A stretch of DNA of 32,875 nucleotides from Nanobdellota archaeon (lineage in GTDB: Archaea > Nanobdellota > Nanobdellia > Woesearchaeales > GW2011-AR9), in contig JAHJDB010000041.1 in NCBI GenBank assembly GCA_018812765.1, forward strand, positions 1 through 32,875. The letters are read 5' to 3'. Made by a program: the position numbers and the translations under genes. The notes below the pieces were generated by a model. The model had not been told where the DNA came from, did no database searches, and worked only from the letters and a program-made list of their open reading frames with translations. Below, piece by piece: positions 17,476 through 25,358 of this stretch; within the stretch, counting starts at the first letter, position 1; each line of letters starts with the position of its first letter.

Positions 17476-17552
17476 TCTCTTTTTAAAAAACTATAAATAC
17501 AAGGTATAAGTTATCCCGTATTTAATACGAGCATAACACTTGTTAAGTAAAA

Positions 17553-17667
17553 TGCCCTCGCGAGGATTTGAACCCCGGTTTGAAGCTTTCTGCTAATTTC
17601 TTGAAAACCGCAAGCTCCCGTCCTGTTTGCCCTGTTATTAATAACATCCAGGCTAGACGACGAGGGC
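17553..17667 (-). tRNA. tRNA-Arg(GCG) with two introns (21 nt at 19/20: 17627-17647; 20 nt at 37/38: 17588-17607); CCA not encoded
   Basis: Minus strand reads GCCCTCG TC GTCT AGCCTGG [intron] ACA GGAC G GGAGC TT GCG G [intron] A GCTTC AAAC CGGGG TTCAAAT CCTCG CGAGGGC A. All four stems pair. TTTTTAAA TATA box about 25 nt upstream (17693-17700). Confidence 0.9.
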
Positions 17668-17707
17668 GTAAAAGAAGAAAAAATAAGAACCCTTTAAAAA
17701 TGTTCAC

Positions 17708-18265
17708 CTAGTTTAAGTTTGGATCTTTTTTAGGGTCTTGTTCTAGATAAACATAATCTGCTGTTTGGGAATAATATTGTTTTCGGAACACATCTAAAAT
17801 TAAGTAATAAAGGGGAAGTTCTTTAGAGGGATTATGAAGCAAATATACGTTTGCTGGTAAGGAGTCTGTATTATCAAATCTTTTATTGGATTTTATTTGT
17901 TTTTTAAGTTCATCTAGGCTTATTTTTGGCAGTTCAATTAAATTATCTTCGATGGTTGTGGGCAGCATCCCCGACCCTAGAATCTGGACTATAGTCTCAA
18001 CACAGGTTTCATATAAGGATCCTTCTTTTTCCACAATGTAATGGGTGTGCGAGTTATTAAGATCAATTTCATTTAAAGGCGTGATCTCAGTAAGATCAAG
18101 TATGCTGTTTGTAAAACATTCTAAGTTTTTTTCAACAGTTTCGTATATTCTTACTAAGGTTCTGAATCCTTCGTCAAGCTTAGCAACGTAATCTTTTTGT
18201 TTAGAATCTAAACTTTCTACTGAAGGCAGCTTCAACCTATCTGTCAATTCTTTTCTTTTAACCAT
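17708..18265 (-). CDS. Hypothetical protein
   Basis: 185-aa ORF with AGGAG SD, directly downstream of the NFACT gene. Confidence 0.6.
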   Translation of the reverse strand: MVKRKELTDRLKLPSVESLDSKQKDYVAKLDEGFRTLVRIYETVEKNLECFTNSILDLTEITPLNEIDLNNSHTHYIVEKEGSLYETCVETIVQILGSGMLPTTIEDNLIELPKISLDELKKQIKSNKRFDNTDSLPANVYLLHNPSKELPLYYLILDVFRKQYYSQTADYVYLEQDPKKDPNLN

Positions 18266-18279
18266 TTTTTTTCTCCTCT

Positions 18280-19071
18280 TTAATTTTTTTTGATCTCCCC
18301 GCCGCCAGCAGGAAGGAATTTGATGATGTCATCCAAGTCTCCGCCTTTTAATTTTGATTTTATCTTCTTGGCTAGACTGCTTTTCTTTTCTCTTCCGGAG
18401 ATGATGACAAGATAGTTGTTTGTTTTTGTTTTTACTGCTGTTACGGGGCCGCCGATAATCTTTTCTTCAACCAGACCGATGGTGTATTCCAGTTTCGGAT
18501 GAATATAGGTTGTTTTTCCCCGGATCATAAAGCTTCCTTTCTGAAGATATTCTCCTGATTGGGCTTCTTTGGTGACCTGTTCCGGCTTAACGTAAAAAAC
18601 GTCTGCACTGCCATGGCCTAGCTTCCAGGCTTTAGAATAGACGGCTACGGCCTGGGCAGTTTCGTCAAGAGTAGTTTCACCGGCTTCCTGTCCGTTTTTA
18701 ATCACAAAGAAAGGGCTTCCAGCCATATCAGTATGAAAGACTAAATCTTCTTTTTCTAGATGTTTTTTAATCACTATTTCGTTTGAGGTTGCATCTTTTC
18801 CACCGATGCACAAGAATCCTTCAGAAGAGATGAACCAATGAAACTTTTCATACCACTCTTTTTTACTTTCTTTTTTTGATTGTTTCCGGGCTTCTTCTGC
18901 CCAGAATTTATCTTCTTCTTTTCTCAGCTTTTCTAATTTACCTTCACTTTCTTTCAAGGCTTTTTTTGCTCCTTCTAATTTCTTCTTAGCTTTTTTTGAT
19001 AAGTTGAAGTAAGTGCCGGCATTTTCATCTACACTTTTAGTAAGATCAAATTCTATTTCCATTGTTATCAT
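18280..19071 (-). CDS. NFACT-R (DUF814) domain protein; N-terminally truncated Rqc2/RqcH/NEMF homolog
   Basis: FDLTKSVDENAGTYFNLSKKAKKK coiled coil, WYEKFHWFISSEGFLCIGGKDATSNE, FHTDMAGSP, SKAWK, QVTKEAQSGEYLQKGSFMIRGK. Confidence 0.88.
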   Translation of the reverse strand: MITMEIEFDLTKSVDENAGTYFNLSKKAKKKLEGAKKALKESEGKLEKLRKEEDKFWAEEARKQSKKESKKEWYEKFHWFISSEGFLCIGGKDATSNEIVIKKHLEKEDLVFHTDMAGSPFFVIKNGQEAGETTLDETAQAVAVYSKAWKLGHGSADVFYVKPEQVTKEAQSGEYLQKGSFMIRGKTTYIHPKLEYTIGLVEEKIIGGPVTAVKTKTNNYLVIISGREKKSSLAKKIKSKLKGGDLDDIIKFLPAGGGEIKKN

Positions 19072-19210
19072 AAAAGCAGATATTGTTTTAAAATGTTTGC
19101 ACTATTATTCTTTTTGAGAAGTATCATCAGCATTAAAAACGGTCATTTCTTTCTTTTTTCTTTAGGGAAGTATCGCAATCTTTTAATACTCTTAATATAT
19201 CATTTAATTA

Positions 19211-20050
19211 ATGGTATTAGAATCGCTCTTAAATCCCTTAGCTTTAAAGACAAGACCGTGGGAGATGTTTTTTGCTGGTTTTATCTATGCGGTAGTCGGC
19301 TTATTGTTATCTTATTTTTCATTTAGGGAGCATACAGGATTGTTGATGGTCTCTTTTATCGTCATGGCGGCAATCCCGATGGTATATGTAGCCATAAAAA
19401 AAGAAGAGAAATTAGACCTGAAGATGAACAGTGAATGGAGATTGTTGCAGGAGCATTCTAAAGTGATCATGTTCTTGGTTTTTCTGTTTTTAGGGATAAT
19501 GTCTGCATTAGTGTTAGCTTACGTATTCTTGCCGCAGGATACAGCCAAGACCATTTTCAACGTTCAGGAGCAGGAGATTATCGATGTGAATAATAACGTT
19601 CAAGGGAAGATCATCACTTTTGATATCTTCATAAAAATTTTTTTAAATAACATGAAAGTTTTGTTTTTTTGCCTGGCCTTCTCTTTCTTATATGGTTTTG
19701 GGGCCCTTTTTATCTTAACTTGGAATGCTTCAGTAGTTGCTGCAGCGATGGGAAACTTGATCAAATCAAAACTAGGAGCGGCAGCTTCAGTAATTGGATT
19801 TAACACTCTCTCTTCTTATTTTGGTGTGGCTACGTTTGGCTTCTTACGTTACATGACTCACGGAGTTTTTGAAGTTGTTTCTTACTTTATTGCCGGATTG
19901 GCGGGAAGTATAGTGTCTATCGCTGTAATCAGGGGCAACATGGAAAATAAGAAAGTCATCAAGGATACTTTGTTCTTGTTCTTGATTAGCATAGGGGTGT
20001 TGTTATTTGCAGTAATTGTAGAAGTCTATTTTACTCCCTTGTTTTTCTGA
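19211..20050 (+). CDS. SpoIIM/DUF95 family membrane protein
   Basis: Multi-TM; IFLNNMKV, LTWNASVV and HGVFEVVSYFIAGLAG motifs. Confidence 0.8.
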   Translation: MVLESLLNPLALKTRPWEMFFAGFIYAVVGLLLSYFSFREHTGLLMVSFIVMAAIPMVYVAIKKEEKLDLKMNSEWRLLQEHSKVIMFLVFLFLGIMSALVLAYVFLPQDTAKTIFNVQEQEIIDVNNNVQGKIITFDIFIKIFLNNMKVLFFCLAFSFLYGFGALFILTWNASVVAAAMGNLIKSKLGAAASVIGFNTLSSYFGVATFGFLRYMTHGVFEVVSYFIAGLAGSIVSIAVIRGNMENKKVIKDTLFLFLISIGVLLFAVIVEVYFTPLFF

Positions 20051-20147
20051 ATCAGCACAGTCAAGTTTTAATTTTAAGTTAAGATGTGGTAAGGTTTGAC
20101 AAAATCACCAGAAAACTTTATAAAATATCCCTTTGGTGTTGTTTTTC

Positions 20148-20891
20148 ATGGTAAAAAATAATTTATTTACAATGATTGCCGCAACTGCTGTTGGAATTGC
20201 AGCAATGAGCGGTTGCGCTAAGGGAGCATCAGAAGACACCGTCCCGGACGAAGAAGTCGCTTCCGTTTTGGAATGTAAAATCCGAGCAGAAGCTAACGGG
20301 GTAATGAAAAATAACATAACTGTGTTTGAAGTTGACGGGATAAAAACAGGTATTTATGCCTTAAATTTTCTTGAAGATCCTAACAGAGTAACTTTGTCTT
20401 ATAATAATAGCAATGATGATTATGGCTCATTTGAAGTAGAGCAAGAAGATGTCGTTAAGCTTCATGACGGTTCACGTTTGTATGTTGGAGAAATAGACCT
20501 GGTCTCTAATTGGGCTTTTATCTATTTAGCCGGAGCAGGAGTCCTTACTAAGGAAGCTAATCTAACTGCAACAGGGAACAATTTGATTGAATCAGAAGAA
20601 GTAGTTTTCAATTCAAACAATTTAAGCCGTAAATATGAAGTCAGCCTTTTTGCGGAAGGAGTAAAAATTACAGACGGAAAAACCGGTCCGGGAGTAGTTG
20701 TTTCTCGCGATGATTATGAAAGCATCAACACCAGCCCAAGTCTTTATGCTAAGGGTGTAGGAGTAGTAGAATATGAATCTGGTGCAGACGGCATCCTGAT
20801 TCACAAGTTCAAATCAGGCCCAGATTATACCAGCACCGTCGTAAGATTTTTTGAAGATATTGTTAAATGCGAAAAAAAAGAATTGATCTAA
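20148..20891 (+). CDS. Hypothetical secreted lipoprotein (beta-rich surface protein)
   Basis: Signal peptide with lipobox-like AAMSGC; acidic beta-rich body; TTTATAAA at 20117-20124. Confidence 0.65.
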   Translation: MVKNNLFTMIAATAVGIAAMSGCAKGASEDTVPDEEVASVLECKIRAEANGVMKNNITVFEVDGIKTGIYALNFLEDPNRVTLSYNNSNDDYGSFEVEQEDVVKLHDGSRLYVGEIDLVSNWAFIYLAGAGVLTKEANLTATGNNLIESEEVVFNSNNLSRKYEVSLFAEGVKITDGKTGPGVVVSRDDYESINTSPSLYAKGVGVVEYESGADGILIHKFKSGPDYTSTVVRFFEDIVKCEKKELI

Positions 20892-20997
20892 TAGTTCGAT
20901 TCTCCATTATTTTTCTTTTTTCTGAAGCGGCTAATCCGAAACCCTATCCTACTACAGAGACCATAACCCTATACTTTGTATAAGAACATGATATCTT

Positions 20998-21054
20998 CCG
21001 TCTGGTCAAGTCATGTTTATTTGCGATAAACGATGACAAACATGACCCAGACGG
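20998..21054. other. Intergenic inverted repeat/hairpin
   Basis: CCGTCTGG (20998-21005) pairs with CCAGACGG (21047-21054); GTCATGTTT (21010-21018) pairs with AAACATGAC (21038-21046). Confidence 0.7.
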
Positions 21055-21119
21055 CTAAGGTTTCATAAAATTCCTCTGAAGCATAACAAATAAATAGAAC
21101 TGTGATTTTAATCTTAATC

Positions 21120-21395
21120 ATGAAAAAACGTCTTCGTATAAAGATTAAAGGACATGTGCAGGGAGTTTTCTTCAGGCATAATATCAGAGAGAAAGCTTTT
21201 ATCTACGATCTTAAAGGGTGGGTCAGGAATTCTAAGGATGGTTCTGTTGAAGCTGTTTTTGAAGGAGAAAAAGAAAGGCTGGAAAAAATGCTGAAGTTTT
21301 GTAAGGCTGGCCCTATAGTAGCAAGGATAGATGAAGTTAAAGTGGAGTGGAGTAAATCTAAAAACGAATTTGAAACTTTTGAAATAATCGAATAA
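21120..21395 (+). CDS. acyP: Acylphosphatase
   Basis: GHVQGVFFR phosphate-binding loop, GWVRN, DGSVEAVFEG, GP. Confidence 0.93.
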   Translation: MKKRLRIKIKGHVQGVFFRHNIREKAFIYDLKGWVRNSKDGSVEAVFEGEKERLEKMLKFCKAGPIVARIDEVKVEWSKSKNEFETFEIIE

Positions 21396-21409
21396 TTAAT
21401 TTTGAGAAC

Positions 21410-21892
21410 TTAACATTCTTTAATCTCTTCAAGAACTATGGCTTGATCAACGCAAATCTCTTCTTCTTCGTATAATTTAACTTTTGGAGATATCTTTACT
21501 TGTCTAATCTCTCCTGACACAGATTGATCATAGCTAACATGACCCAAATAAACTCCCGCTTTACCTATCCTTGTTTCAGGCATTTCAAAAGTTTCTGCTT
21601 TTTCTGTTCCGATGATGTTTACGATCAAGCCATCTACTTCTGTATTCACTCCGTTTTCAACAGTAAAAAAAAGATCGTTCTCACCAGAATTATAACAGAC
21701 TTGTTCTATTTTACTGACCACAGACAGTTGTAAACCGATGTTTACAGGACATTCTGCCTCTGATTCTACTTGCGCTCTTCCAAAATTCATGATTACTACA
21801 CCTAAAGCTACTGCAAAAGATATCAGCAACAGAGTTGCCATCAGAGGGGTAACTCCTTTTTTGTTCCAAAGTTTTTTGTTAAAAAATTTCAT
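21410..21892 (-). CDS. Archaeal type IV pilin-like protein (class III signal peptide)
   Basis: NKKG/VTPLMATLLLISFAVALGVVIMNFG prepilin cleavage site and hydrophobic helix; Cys-containing globular domain. Confidence 0.85.
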   Translation of the reverse strand: MKFFNKKLWNKKGVTPLMATLLLISFAVALGVVIMNFGRAQVESEAECPVNIGLQLSVVSKIEQVCYNSGENDLFFTVENGVNTEVDGLIVNIIGTEKAETFEMPETRIGKAGVYLGHVSYDQSVSGEIRQVKISPKVKLYEEEEICVDQAIVLEEIKEC

Positions 21893-21937
21893 GTTTATTA
21901 GTTTTAACCTTCAATTAATTTTGCCGTGTTGAAAGTT

Positions 21938-22378
21938 TTATTTTTTCCAATGGGTTTTATTTTTATGTAAAATTTCTTCAACACGATGAAAGGGAATAAA
22001 TACTTCTTTTTTACCTTTTTCTAAAAATACCAAGGTGTCTTTTTCAATATTTTTTATCTTTTTAGCTTCGAGAAGAATCAGTTTCTTTTTGATCTTGTCA
22101 TAGTATTTAATATGGAATTCATGTTTTTTTGGATGGGTATGCACTTTATGGAGTACAGCTCCAACCGGATCTCCTTTTTCCCAGAAAGGGCTTGTTCCTT
22201 TAAAGATTAAACCGGATAAGGATAACATTACTAGTCCAACTATTAAACTAATCAGGGGATTTTGGAGATAAGAAAGAGTACCGATTCCATCCCAGACTCC
22301 GGCCCAGAAAAAAACTACGCCCATCACCCCGAACAGGTACCAAAAATATTTTTTTATTTTTTCAAAGTTAAACATCAA
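21938..22378 (-). CDS. Two-TM protein fused to an MJ1316/DUF504-like domain (paralog B)
   Basis: TM hairpin (VFFWAGVWDG), then VLHKVHTHP..EFHIKYYDK...VFIPFHRVEEILHKNKTHWKK. Confidence 0.7.
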   Translation of the reverse strand: MMFNFEKIKKYFWYLFGVMGVVFFWAGVWDGIGTLSYLQNPLISLIVGLVMLSLSGLIFKGTSPFWEKGDPVGAVLHKVHTHPKKHEFHIKYYDKIKKKLILLEAKKIKNIEKDTLVFLEKGKKEVFIPFHRVEEILHKNKTHWKK

Positions 22379-22416
22379 TCTGCCTCTTTAATTTGTCTTT
22401 CTTCAATCTGTCTTTT

Positions 22417-22857
22417 TTATAGTTTCCAGCTGGTTTTTCCTTTATAAGTAACTTCAGTTAATCTGTGAATAGGGATAAAGACTTCCTGATTTCTGTTTTT
22501 ATGCCGCACTATAAGGATCCCTTTTTCCATTTTTTTTAATCTTTCAGCATCAATCAAGATGTCTTTCTTGAGAGATTTATCATGGTATTTTAACTTAAAA
22601 TTTTTTTTATCCGGATGTTTTTGTATAGTTGTTACAGTTTTATGGATTGCTTTTTCAACCCCTCCTAAAGGATCGAATTCCTTAAAGATGAGCCCCGAAA
22701 AGGTAAGCATGGCAAAACCGATGAACAGAAATACAAAAGAATCGCCGATGTAAGGAATCTCGTATAATCCTTCCCATAAGCCTTTCCAAACAAAAATTAT
22801 TGCTACAGCAGAGTACAAAGATGATAAGAAATGCTTGTCTTGTTCTCTAAGTATCAA
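22417..22857 (-). CDS. Two-TM protein fused to an MJ1316/DUF504-like domain (paralog A)
   Basis: TTG start with GAGGTG SD; TM hairpin (IFVWKGLWEG), then IQKHP..NFKLKYHDK...VFIPIHRLTEVTYKGKTSWKL. Confidence 0.7.
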   Translation of the reverse strand: MILREQDKHFLSSLYSAVAIIFVWKGLWEGLYEIPYIGDSFVFLFIGFAMLTFSGLIFKEFDPLGGVEKAIHKTVTTIQKHPDKKNFKLKYHDKSLKKDILIDAERLKKMEKGILIVRHKNRNQEVFIPIHRLTEVTYKGKTSWKL

Positions 22858-22963
22858 ATAAATTACACCTCTTTTAACAGTATTGTAAATGGTGCTGATT
22901 ATAAATATCTTTCTGTGCTTGTTAAAAGTTACCTTTAATAAATTTTAAGGTTAATCTACTTAA

Positions 22964-23329
22964 TTATTTTCTTTCTTCAACGTACAAAGTGTACTTGTCT
23001 GCTTTAAAGAAATCTTTGCAGAATTTAGCTGTCTTTTTGGGGTTATAAGTCTTACAACTAAAAACGTCTATGAAAGCTCTATCCCCTTGCTCATCAAAAT
23101 GGCTTATGATTGTGCTAGTTTCAATAAATTGCATCATTGAGTACCCTCTTAACTTCCCATGCCCAAACCTCTTTATTTTGGGAGGCCCGACTCGTTTCAT
23201 TTTTAGTTCTTTTACTATAGCGCAAACAAATTTTTTGATTTCTTTAGGGTTCTTAATTAGATTGTGGTTACAGCCATGAAGATCTATGCTTGCTGATCTC
23301 CCCCACCACCAATCTTTTTTTTGAGGCAT
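22964..23329 (-). CDS. S-adenosylmethionine decarboxylase proenzyme-like protein (pyruvoyl-dependent, class 1B fold)
   Basis: IDLHGC, GYSMMQFIETSTIISHF (ETS instead of ESH at the self-cleavage site), AFIDVFSCK. Confidence 0.8.
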   Translation of the reverse strand: MPQKKDWWWGRSASIDLHGCNHNLIKNPKEIKKFVCAIVKELKMKRVGPPKIKRFGHGKLRGYSMMQFIETSTIISHFDEQGDRAFIDVFSCKTYNPKKTAKFCKDFFKADKYTLYVEERK

Positions 23330-23406
23330 AGAGTTAATAGAATAGAAAATTATTTAAAAGTTTGCAAAATAAAGTATCCACCAGATAGTAGTAATTAATA
23401 GAAACC

Positions 23407-23414
23407 TTTATAAA
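23407..23414 (+). promoter_or_regulatory. Archaeal TATA box with BRE
   Basis: GAAACC-TTTATAAATA upstream of GAGGT SD and ATG 23458. Confidence 0.55.
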
Positions 23415-23457
23415 TAGGCTTTATTCATGATATTTATCAAGAAATGAGGTAATTAAA

Positions 23458-23664
23458 ATGAATAATACAATTGAAAACACTCTTGAAAGAATGGCTGATA
23501 GTGTTAGAAGCGCAAGAATCAGATTAGGAAATCCTGCTGAAGAAGAAGCTAAATTACTTAGAAAATCAGTAAAGCTTTACCCAGTAGATTTTGAAGGAAC
23601 AAGCACTCCTAAGATGGGGATTTATTTTTCAGAAGGAAACTACGATACTAGTTGTATGTGGTAA
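23458..23664 (+). CDS. Small hypothetical protein
   Basis: 68-aa ORF with TATA, GAGGT SD and a T-rich terminator-like tract downstream. Confidence 0.55.
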   Translation: MNNTIENTLERMADSVRSARIRLGNPAEEEAKLLRKSVKLYPVDFEGTSTPKMGIYFSEGNYDTSCMW

Positions 23665-23713
23665 TTTCTGTTTTTTTTATTTTTTTAAAAAATTTAAAAA
23701 CTGGTGAGTGCAA

Positions 23714-24196
23714 ATGGAAGAAAAAATAATCGAATTAGAAGTAGGAGACATCAAAGCAGCGGCATCGCCTAAAATTCTTTATTCTGGTGGCTTAGGTCCC
23801 TGCGTAGCTGTGGCCGCTTACGATCAAAAGAACAAATTAGGATACATGGTTCACGATCCGGCACCGGAAGCGACAAATCATTTAAGAGATTTTTTGCAGC
23901 TTGTTGAAGAAAAATCAGGTAATAATTTCAGAGATATCTCGGGATTAGTTTGTTATGTTGCTGGGGGCAGTTTGACGGGTTTTGAATGTATCGGTGGGGA
24001 AAATGAATCAATCCAAAATAGTAAAAGGATTGTTGAACAAGAATTAAGTGCTAAGTTTAGAAATGTTAAATTTTCTTGGTCTCCTCTGAATCATGTGGCT
24101 GAATTGTATCTTAATACAGCGAATGGAAAATTTGATTTAATCATGAATCCAGAGTTTTATTTTAAGGGTTATGGTTCTTATGACGAGAAATATTAG
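23714..24196 (+). CDS. CheD-like deamidase-fold protein
   Basis: GGLGPCVAVAAYD...GYMVH (catalytic Cys/His) and VAGG; GGTGA SD. Confidence 0.7.
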   Translation: MEEKIIELEVGDIKAAASPKILYSGGLGPCVAVAAYDQKNKLGYMVHDPAPEATNHLRDFLQLVEEKSGNNFRDISGLVCYVAGGSLTGFECIGGENESIQNSKRIVEQELSAKFRNVKFSWSPLNHVAELYLNTANGKFDLIMNPEFYFKGYGSYDEKY

Positions 24197-24206
24197 GTAA
24201 TAAAAA

Positions 24207-24845
24207 ATGGATGTATTAGAATTAAAAAAAGAACAGTTTAAACTCGCTGGAAAAATCAGTTTAAACGATACCTTTTCTAAAGTAAAAACAATCGGTGGAA
24301 TCAGCTGCCTGCAGTTTGGCAACCAACTGATGGCTTCTGTTACCGTCTGTGAATTCCCTTCTTTAAAATTAATAGAAAATAAGACTTATCTTTTAGATAA
24401 TCCTTTGCCTTATAAGCCCGGTTTTCTTGCTTATAGAGAGATGCCTGCGATGATCGAGGCTTATAATAAGCTTGATGAAGAGCCAGACATCTTGCTGGTA
24501 AAAGGTCCAGGAATACTTCATCCTCGAAAGATTGGCATCGCTTCTCATCTGGGCTTGGCTTTAAATGTTCCTACCATCGGGGTGCAGAATAAATTAATGC
24601 TCGGGAACATCGAGAAAGGAAAGATAATTCTTAACAATGAGGTAGTCGGTTTTGAGATCAAAACCAAAGAGCATGCTAAACCAATCTACGTTTCTCCAGG
24701 TCATCAGGTCTCTTTAGGCACGGTATTGAATTTGATCCCTAAAATTATAATTTTCCCCCATAAGTTGCCTGAACCTCTACATCTAGCTCACAAGGCTAGT
24801 AGGAAGATCACTAGAAAGGAAGAGATCAAAGAAGATGTTTATTAA
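24207..24845 (+). CDS. nfi: Endonuclease V homolog lacking two catalytic Asp residues
   Basis: PYKPGFLAYRE, GILHPRKIGIASHLG, PTIGV, PIYVSPGH, LPEPLHLAH; the acidic positions read GGIS and LVKG. Confidence 0.88.
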   Translation: MDVLELKKEQFKLAGKISLNDTFSKVKTIGGISCLQFGNQLMASVTVCEFPSLKLIENKTYLLDNPLPYKPGFLAYREMPAMIEAYNKLDEEPDILLVKGPGILHPRKIGIASHLGLALNVPTIGVQNKLMLGNIEKGKIILNNEVVGFEIKTKEHAKPIYVSPGHQVSLGTVLNLIPKIIIFPHKLPEPLHLAHKASRKITRKEEIKEDVY

Positions 24846-24989
24846 AGTTGGGCAGTAAAATATAATAATCAGGGAAGAAATTTTTAATGAAGTTAAAAGC
24901 AGAGTTTCAGTAACCAAATCACTTCATTTCTAGGAATAAAAAAGAATAAACAAAAAGAATAAAGTCTCGTTTAAGAGACTTACTAAGGA

Positions 24990-25358
24990 TTAAAAGTACA
25001 TCTTTACATTATTTGCTTCGATGCTTTTGATTATAAACAGCTGATCATCGTTGTAACGTCCTTTCAGTTTAACTTTTTCGTTATCCTTATCATCAATCTC
25101 TGATTGGATCAAGGCAGCGGCATCAACGACATAGCTCACGTCTCCTTCCTTGTATAATCTTGCAATCACGGCTTTACCGTTAACATCTAATACCGTTGAC
25201 ATATATCCAGCCATCCCGGAACAGGTTCCGGCTACAGCCACTTTAGCACTTAAAGGAAGCCCGGAAATCTCAATCTCTTTATTTTCAGCTTTGCTTTGGT
25301 TATCATAACCCGTAAAAAGAGCGACAATCAATCCTAACCCAGCCAGAGTTTTTTTCAT
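24990..25358 (-). CDS. Secreted hypothetical protein
   Basis: Signal peptide MKKTLAGLGLIVALF; GAGGTGA SD. Confidence 0.65.
   Translation of the reverse strand: MKKTLAGLGLIVALFTGYDNQSKAENKEIEISGLPLSAKVAVAGTCSGMAGYMSTVLDVNGKAVIARLYKEGDVSYVVDAAALIQSEIDDKDNEKVKLKGRYNDDQLFIIKSIEANNVKMYF

Noticed and set aside
17581-17610. TCA triplets in the tRNA region suggesting tRNA-Sec, given selU nearby
   Set aside because: One TCA lies inside the intron and the other in the anticodon-stem/variable-loop junction. The fold gives a GCG anticodon, a 7-bp acceptor stem and a short variable loop, unlike tRNA-Sec.
20940-20972. Telomere-like TAGGGTT repeats on the minus strand
   Set aside because: Only two non-tandem copies; no support for a telomeric or CRISPR-type array.
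24846-24989. Short inverted and direct repeats (AATGAAGT/ACTTCATT; AAAAAGAATAAA x2)
   Set aside because: Consistent with terminators between convergent genes in AT-rich DNA; too short to call an element.
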